Origin: Octopus sinensis
Lineage: Eukaryota
Direction: 5' to 3'
Length of the DNA: 64,000 nt
NCBI RefSeq assembly: GCF_006345805.1
Contig: NC_043019.1
Location: 25,667,360 to 25,731,359 of the forward strand
Shown: one piece after another, positions 56,883-64,000 of the stretch
Layout: the number at the start of each line of letters is the position of its first letter
How positions within the stretch are numbered: position 1 is the first letter of the stretch
Program-made: the position numbers and the translations under genes
Notes under the pieces: model-generated
Databases searched by the model: none
What the model was told of the DNA's origin: nothing
What the model saw: the letters and a program-made list of their open reading frames with translations, nothing else

Positions 56883-56961
56883 ACGTGTTTGTGTGTGTGT
56901 GTGTGTCTTTGTATGTTTGTGTGTGTTTGTGTGCGTGTGTTTGTGTGTGTGTGTTTGTGTT

Positions 56962-56992
<31 letters not shown>

Positions 56993-57055
56993 TTGTTTGT
57001 GTGTGTGTGTGTGTTTGTGTGTGTTTGTGTGTGTGTTTGTGTGTGTGTGTTTGTT

Positions 57056-57088
<33 letters not shown>

Positions 57089-57090
57089 GT
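56830..57090. repeat. (TG)n/(TTTG) microsatellite
   Basis: Directly visible. Confidence 0.95.
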
Positions 57091-57361
57091 AAAGTTGAGT
57101 TTATAAACAAGAGGAAAATTGTAGACAATGCATTAAAGTAAAGAGTAAACATTCGTTGCATTTGTGAGGTTTTCTTCGATTGATGTTTAATGGTGCGATC
57201 AGCGGAAGCGGGAAACACTGAGTTTTATATAAGAAGCAGTTCATGTTAATCCAAGTACGCACAGACACATAGACACACACACACACACAAACACATAGAC
57301 ATGCAATTACATACTTACATACATAGATACATATGCATATATGCTTACATGTATAAATACA

Positions 57362-57416
<55 letters not shown>

Positions 57417-57461
57417 CCGGAGTAAACACATAGATGTGAAACAAGGTGGAAAAAAGAGTAC

Positions 57462-57741
57462 TCAGCAGCTTACATCCTAGATGTGAATAAGCAGAACATG
57501 TGTATGTGTATGTGCGTGTGTGTGTGCATATACATATGTACTTACATATACATATATACATTCATAAATATATATTTATATAAATACATATATACACATA
57601 TATATGCATGTATATAAACTTATATATATATATGTGTATATATATATATATACTTTTACATACACACACATATATATCTATATATAGGTATATATACAAA
57701 CATATTTATATAAAGATATAGGCATACATATGTATATATTT

Positions 57742-57795
<54 letters not shown>

Positions 57796-57870
57796 TGCAC
57801 ACATACACACACACGCGCGCACACAGACACACATGTTCTGTTTATCCACATCTAGGATGTAAGCTGCTGA
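57462..57870. repeat. About 40-bp unique inverted repeats enclosing a TA/TG microsatellite
   Basis: tcagcagcttacatcctagatgtg(a/g)ataa(g/a)cagaacatgtgt on opposite strands; two transitions. Confidence 0.85.
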
Positions 57871-58044
57871 AAAGTACACTGTTTATATGTGCTTGGGGTG
57901 GGTGTGGGTAGCTTTCTTCGATGTACAAAGTTAAAAACGATGCATTGATATATGAGGACCTTGTTAACAACATAACATGTTGTATCAGAAAGAACGACAG
58001 AGAGCAAAAGTGATAGAGAAAGACACGCAGAGAACGAACGAGTG

Positions 58045-58085
<41 letters not shown>

Positions 58086-58710
58086 GAAGGAGGGAAAGTA
58101 GGAGAGAGAGAGAGAGAGAAGGAGGGAAAGTAGGAGAGAGAGAGAGAGAGAGAAGGAGGGAGAGAGAGAGAGCGAAGAAAAGTAAGCTGAGAGTTTATTC
58201 ACAATATGATGCTGTCGTTAAATGCCGTTTGTATTCGATAGTGTTTATGTTAGAGATAACTGCCTTCTCTTTGCAAATATACGAAGCAGAAAATATGTAG
58301 CAATGACAACGAAGTATTAGAAATGAAGAAGACAAGAGGAATAGCAAGTTATTCAATCCTTCCGTACGGTAGAATGGTTAAACAGGTCATAGATGCATCG
58401 AACATTATCTGTAAAGAGCAAATAGGCGTGAACACTCATGTTAACTGACTCATAATAGCTGTAATGTTCTAATAGTATTTCTATAATAGCAGTAATTCTT
58501 GAAAGCAGATTGAGTAACGGGGAAAATAGTTTAAACTACAATCAATCAGATGAGGGGGAACTTACGATAAATGTGTCAAAATGAAGCCCTCACCTACCGA
58601 ACAGTGAACGCTTCACGACCCATGGCTTAGAGCTGAGCTGTAGTACTTAACTAGGATTCACAGCAATTCCTGTTTTCCACGTTCTTTATCTTGTTTACAT
58701 ATTTCTTAAT

Positions 58711-59025
58711 ATGGCTGAGTAGTAAGAAGTTTACTTCCCAACCACTGTTATAACCTCGGGTCACCCAAAGCATTGTGAGAGGAATTGGCAGACGGAAACT
58801 GAAAGAAGCCTCTGTGCGTGCATGTGTGTGTATCTTTGTCTCTCACCATCGCTTGACAACCGTTGTTGGTGTGTTTACGTCTCCGTAACTTAGTGGTTCA
58901 CTAAAAGGGGATGACAGAATAAGTACCAGGCTTTACAAAAAACGATAAATACTGGGGTCGTTTCTTTCTATTAAAATTCTTCAAGATGGTGCCCCAGAAT
59001 GGCCGCAGCCAAATGATTGAAGTAA
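58711..59025 (+). mobile_element. SINE family A with internal deletion
   Basis: Head, core and tail all recognisable. Confidence 0.85.
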
Positions 59026-59989
59026 CAGATAGATTAACTCATTTGTTAGGTATTGCATGGCTGCATTTAAATATTAACAATGGTTGATGTTCTTTTTTTT
59101 AATTCCTCGAAATTTCCCAACAAATAATGTTATCCTCTTCGCTCGTTGATTCGCCAATGTTCTTCCATAAGCTAGTCACGTGACTAACTGAGACTTTGAC
59201 TTGGACATCGAGGAACGACTACGCTTGGTCGTCCATACATTTCCTGTTGTCTAAAGAGTAATTTCTGCAAGAAAATGACGTCCCGAAATCAAAGAAACTG
59301 TTGGTAGTAAGTGCTAGCATCATTTTGTTCCGTAGGAGAGTTCCATTGGGGAATTTGCTAAGTCTGATAAACGTCAGAAGTGAAGTATTCAACTTTGCAG
59401 TGTTATGCACTTGGACTGAGTTTGAAGAATGTGGAGATGAATTGACCCCGTCGCTTCTACTTAGAAGCGAAGCAATAACTCCAAGATCTCTCTCTCTCTC
59501 TCTCTCTCTCTCTTCTTCTTCTTCTTCTTCTTCTTCTTCTTCTTCTTCTTCTTCTTCTTCTCTTCTTCATCCTCTGACAAAGAAAAACAGCCTGAAACAT
59601 CAGTCTTTCATCTTCTCCTCACTTCAACTTAACAAACATTTCTGTGAATTCTCTTGAATTTTTAAAAAATTAATCCAAGAGAGTAATGTAAGTAGGTTTA
59701 TAAGGCAGAATCTTTAGACTGAGGCATCAAAATAAAAATTAAAGTTGAATCTTCAAACAACTGAAGAAGAGATTTTGCCTCAAGAACGCGACACTCTCTT
59801 AAAAATTGGAAGAGAAGCAGACATTACTGGGGATCAAATGACCTGCATATTATCTAGTCTACTTGTTCCCAATTGATGTCCGCATGGCCTTTTGGGGTCC
59901 ATATAAGATTTTGTTGCTCAAAATTATGTGCAATGAATTGGTTATATTTTTACAATACACAAAATATTTAAATTTCTTTTTATAAAGAA

Positions 59990-60484
59990 CTAGCAGTATC
60001 GCCCGGCGTTGCTCGGGTTTGTAAGGGAAATAACTATATAAGCATTTTTAGAGAGTTACTTCCCTTATAGATGCCAATTCGGGCTTTCTTAGCCATTTCT
60101 GTTTTGGTGTCTTCAAGCCATGAAGTCGTTGTTCTAAAAGAACGCTGGTCTCCTTGACAACGCTTTACGACGTTGATTTCCTTACACTCCCTTCCCCACA
60201 GCTTCACGAGGGAGGGAAGAAGGGGGAAAGCAAACAGGTGCAGGTGTGACCATGGACGCCAACTCCCGCCATCGACACACGAAAAATTATGCATTAAAAT
60301 GGAATAAAAAAAATGATTTAAATTATTTTTAAAATCGTAGACTCATCGTAGACGCGCGCTAATTCCCAGACGGGCTCAATATGAATCACGACTATAACTG
60401 CACCGCAAAATGTGGGAGTAGTTAGGAATCTAAATCGAAGGGGACAGACACTCACACAACTACAGTTTTATATATATAAATTGA
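59990..60484 (-). mobile_element. Non-autonomous Helitron, copy 3, with an extra internal module
   Basis: Same hairpin and CTAG|T end; about 215 bp (60070-60285) absent from copies 1 and 2. Confidence 0.88.
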
Positions 60485-60489
60485 TCAAA

Positions 60490-63400
60490 ATAAAAACATG
60501 ATGCGAAGGATTCAGCGGTACATATGTTTCGGGCCTTTATTAGACAGATTTATAACAATGCATAATGTATGTCTGTGGCCTTCTTCAGCCGCGCACAACA
60601 GCCTCCACAAGGACATGTGTTACATCAAAAATTCTTGGTTGGGGATGCAAATCCTCTCATTCGCGTACGACATAATGCGGCAGCAGCATAGAATTGAAGC
60701 GTCCATCTCTTTCTTCTCTCAATGTAGAATGAGGAAATTTTGATGTTGAAGTAATGTAAATAAATAAATACATATATAGACGTGAAGATGGAGGGGCGAG
60801 AATTCAGGACGAGGGATAAAAAATGTATAAAAAGTGTAAGTATATAAAAATATAAAAATGTAGAGTATAAAGATATAAAGGGATATAAGGAGATGTAAAG
60901 GGGGTATAAAGAATATAAAGAAATATAAAGAAATATAAAGAAATGTAAAGGCATAAGGTTATAAAGTAAAAATAGAAATAGAAATAAAAGTAAAAAGTAA
61001 AAAAATAAAAATAGGAATAAACATGATAAAAATGTAAAAAAAAAATATAAAGATAAGGGATGTATAGAGGTTACGGACCAAACATGGTGGTCAGGAGATT
61101 GATAAAATTTAGTTGTAGAAGTTTTGGGTGTCAATAAATCAACAGTGTCGTCTGGGGACCTAATGTGTTGTAAATCAGATCTGTTGAGCGTTTAATCTGG
61201 TTCTTTGAATTAATTGGTCATCTAGTACATACATAGCATCATGGATACATACAGCCATATACACGCGTACATATACGCCTCCAAGCCTATAAGCATACAC
61301 ACGCACTCACGTGTAAACATGTACATAAACACACACACCCCCACACGCACGCGCGTACATATACATACATACAACAGAATATCCGCATGTATACACGGAC
61401 ATTATACGTGTACACACCCATATGTACATACGTGCGCCCATCCTTACATACACATACGCATATGCCCACGCTTCCAGGTTAGATATAAGATATTAAAGGA
61501 TGTATATAAGAACGTATGTAAAGAATCACGCACTCACGTCTACACGTGCACGCACACACGGCTGTGTGTCCATATGTGCGTGCACATATACACTTACATA
61601 CACACACAGAGACATACGCGCATATGGGTATAGCTATAAGATATTAAAAGATGTATACAAATAGGTGTAAACATATGAATATAAGAAAACATGTAAAAAA
61701 AAAAAGAAATACGGGGTATGCACATCCAGACGTAGATGTTCACTCGTACATATGTACATATATGTATACGTATACATACGTACACGGACGCTCGTATAAT
61801 CATAAAGTGGATCCATAGGTAAGTAAATAAGGGATAAGCAAAAAAAATAGACGTATATAGAGATATAAAGCGATAAGTTAGGGGTAAGAATGAGGGTAAG
61901 GGTAAAAATTAGAAATAAAAGTAAGAAATACAGTATAAAATAAAATAAGAAATACAATGTAAAGGTTAGAAGTGAAATATAAAAATTATAAAAATTATAA
62001 GAATTAAGATAAGGGATGAAAATAAAAATGAGAATAAATCGAAGTAGAATAAAAGTAAAAATGAAAGTAAAAATAAAAATAAAATAAAATAAAATAAAAA
62101 TATAATTTGGTAAAGTTTAACATGAGATGAAGGTGGTTGAAAGTTAGAGGTGTGTGTTAAAGGTGCCCACGTAGGGGCGGGCGGGGGGAACTGAAAATTG
62201 GAAGGGTGGGAAGTGGAGTTTGGCGGTGTGCGTTCAACATCCGAGTTAGAAATGTGAAAGGGTATAGATATAGGGAAGTAAAGAGACTATATAGGAAGGA
62301 TATGGGTGTAGGAGAAGAAATATGTAGGGAAAAGAAGACATATATGGGAGACAAAATTTGTATATATAGGAGGAAAATGCAGGGAAACATATATGCACAT
62401 ACACACACCACACACACACACACACGCACATATACATATATATATACATATACGTACACATATGTGCACATACATATATATACGTACACGTATACGCATA
62501 TACACGCACATATAGGAAAGCGGGATGTGCTGGAGCCGACAGGTTGCACCGGGTGGGAGGAAATGCATGGGGGGGGAGTGGTATAATAACCTAAGCTTTG
62601 TAGTATTTGAAAGTATTAATAAGTTTGTGTATACAGGATGGTTTGAACTCTGACCTTTTGTTAATAAGATTGTGTTTGTCTTTGAATTTCAAGATGTTCA
62701 GGAGTTCTACCAACATAGTTGGCATCCTGCTCATTATTTAATAAATAAGGTGCAGCTGATCCGATGATGGACCACCTGAGTTTGAAGCCTATGCATTTGT
62801 CTTTTAATTCCCAAATTCTTTTAGAAAGGGAGGTGCTGTTAGCCTTATGTCTATGTTTCAGCGAGGACCGGTGGTTGTAGTATCTGGATTTCAGGAGGTT
62901 GAGCAACTATGTAGGTGAGTGTGTTAAACTGGGTACTCACCTAACATGAATATATTACGTTTTTCGCCCTACATGCGCCCTGTAGCGGGCACTCTGATGC
63001 ACATCTGCAGTTGCATTGCATTGCTTATTCGGTCGTGTGCTGCTAATCCCAGGCGGAGGTGTTGCAATACGAGTGGGGGCGTTGATATCCTCCTGGTTGT
63101 TGATGGGTGTAGTATTTCCTCTGTTGTGTTGGCGGGTGTTATTACTAACTGTTTGGGTAGTATGGCTGCCAGTCTGGTTATATTGTCTACTATCTAGATG
63201 AGGGGGGTTCTGTTGGTCGCTATAGTTGCTCCTGATCTAGCTGTTCTAATATTAATATAGTTATGTTTAGCTATGAGGCAGCTCATGTTGGGCAGGGTAG
63301 AGTAGGAAATCCTAATGGTTTTGTTGGAGAAGATACTTCTATACTTATGGGTGGGTGGGAAGTTGTTGGAAATGATAGAGAATATTCTCTTACATAACTT

Positions 63401-63860
63401 ACCCCTAACTGCTAAGTTGTAAGGTATGTTGAACCATATATATTTGCGTAATCTACTATTATCCCTTCTATTTCTCCTAATAGGATCTATATTGCTCTCG
63501 TCGGGAGGGTTACTATTGTGTGCTATTCTATTAGTTCGCCTATTTCCTATACGTTGTTTGGAGTTTAAATTAGAATTATCGCTAGTGTGAGTTGAGTGCT
63601 GAGTTCGATTATAATTGGGAGTTTTATGGCCGACGGACGTTCCGGGTGGTCTACATATGATATTTTCTGGTTATACCCGGCACTATAGAGAGCCTGGTTG
63701 TAGTGTTGTGCGTGATTATTGAAAATTTCTCTATTAGAGGATAATTTTGTAAGTCTGTCTGAGATGGCTTGGACCGTGGTGTTAATTATACAGGGTGGAT
63801 GGTTGGAAGAGGTATGGATGTATTTGGTAGTTTCTTCGAATGGATGTATTTGGTAGTTTT
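60490..63860 (-). mobile_element. Penelope-like element, 5'-truncated: RT thumb, Cys linker and GIY-YIG remnant (62591-63835) plus long low-complexity 3' region
   Basis: KYIH..SNHPP, RLTKLSSNREIFN..HYNQAL, YIWFNIP, ISYSTLPNM...KHN, CNCRCASECPLQGAC, VIY...YI, RYYNHRSS..TSLSKRIWELK, NKRSE; stops and frameshifts present. The 3' boundary is inferred from the hammerhead. Confidence 0.88.
60515..60592 (-). ncRNA. Minimal type I hammerhead ribozyme motif
   Basis: gcgg-CTGAAGA-a-GGCC-acaga...tctgt...GGCC-c-GAAA-C-atat-GTA-ccgc; 4-bp stem I, palindromic stem III ACATATGT, A-C mismatch at the base of stem II. Confidence 0.72.
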
Positions 63861-64000
63861 ATATATATAGATATAATGTTTTGAATGACACAACAATGCA
63901 CTATAACACAAACAATGGACTATAATAACTGTTGTAATTTAATGATCCGTATCTATATGTATAAATATATAAATACAGTCTGAAGAAGGAATTTTTATTT

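Noticed and set aside
62900-62990. Selenocysteine-type recoding (as in Naiad PLEs) at the in-frame stop in the GIY-YIG
   Set aside because: The stop is TAG, not TGA, the copy also has frameshifts, and the EN is C-terminal, unlike Naiads.

Overview
AT-rich eukaryotic genomic DNA, very probably octopus (coleoid cephalopod), judged from the tRNA-derived SINE families and the extreme microsatellite load. One 100-N gap lies at 1471-1570. I can support no intact cellular protein-coding gene; almost every ORF in the track is a translated microsatellite or a transposon remnant. Contents: more than 20 SINE copies from about four families; three canonical non-autonomous Helitrons; three Tc1/mariner remnants (one with intact TIRs and TA TSD); a piggyBac remnant; R4/Dong, CR1-type, RTE-type and one other LINE fragment; two Penelope-like elements (PLEs) with C-terminal GIY-YIG. 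The most interesting layer is RNA structure: two near-canonical minimal type I hammerhead ribozymes (minus strand, 17331-17427 and 60515-60592), each downstream of a PLE ORF end, a pair of different hammerhead-like motifs in a unique GC-rich island (30490-30822), and several degenerate ones. Also notable: four fold-back structures (one with about 335-bp arms that may be an assembly artefact), a 22-bp minisatellite preserving eight AP-1 sites, two SINE-derived tandem arrays, and LINE/SINE shared 3' tails visible within the window. All calls come from reading by eye; no searches or folding programs were run.
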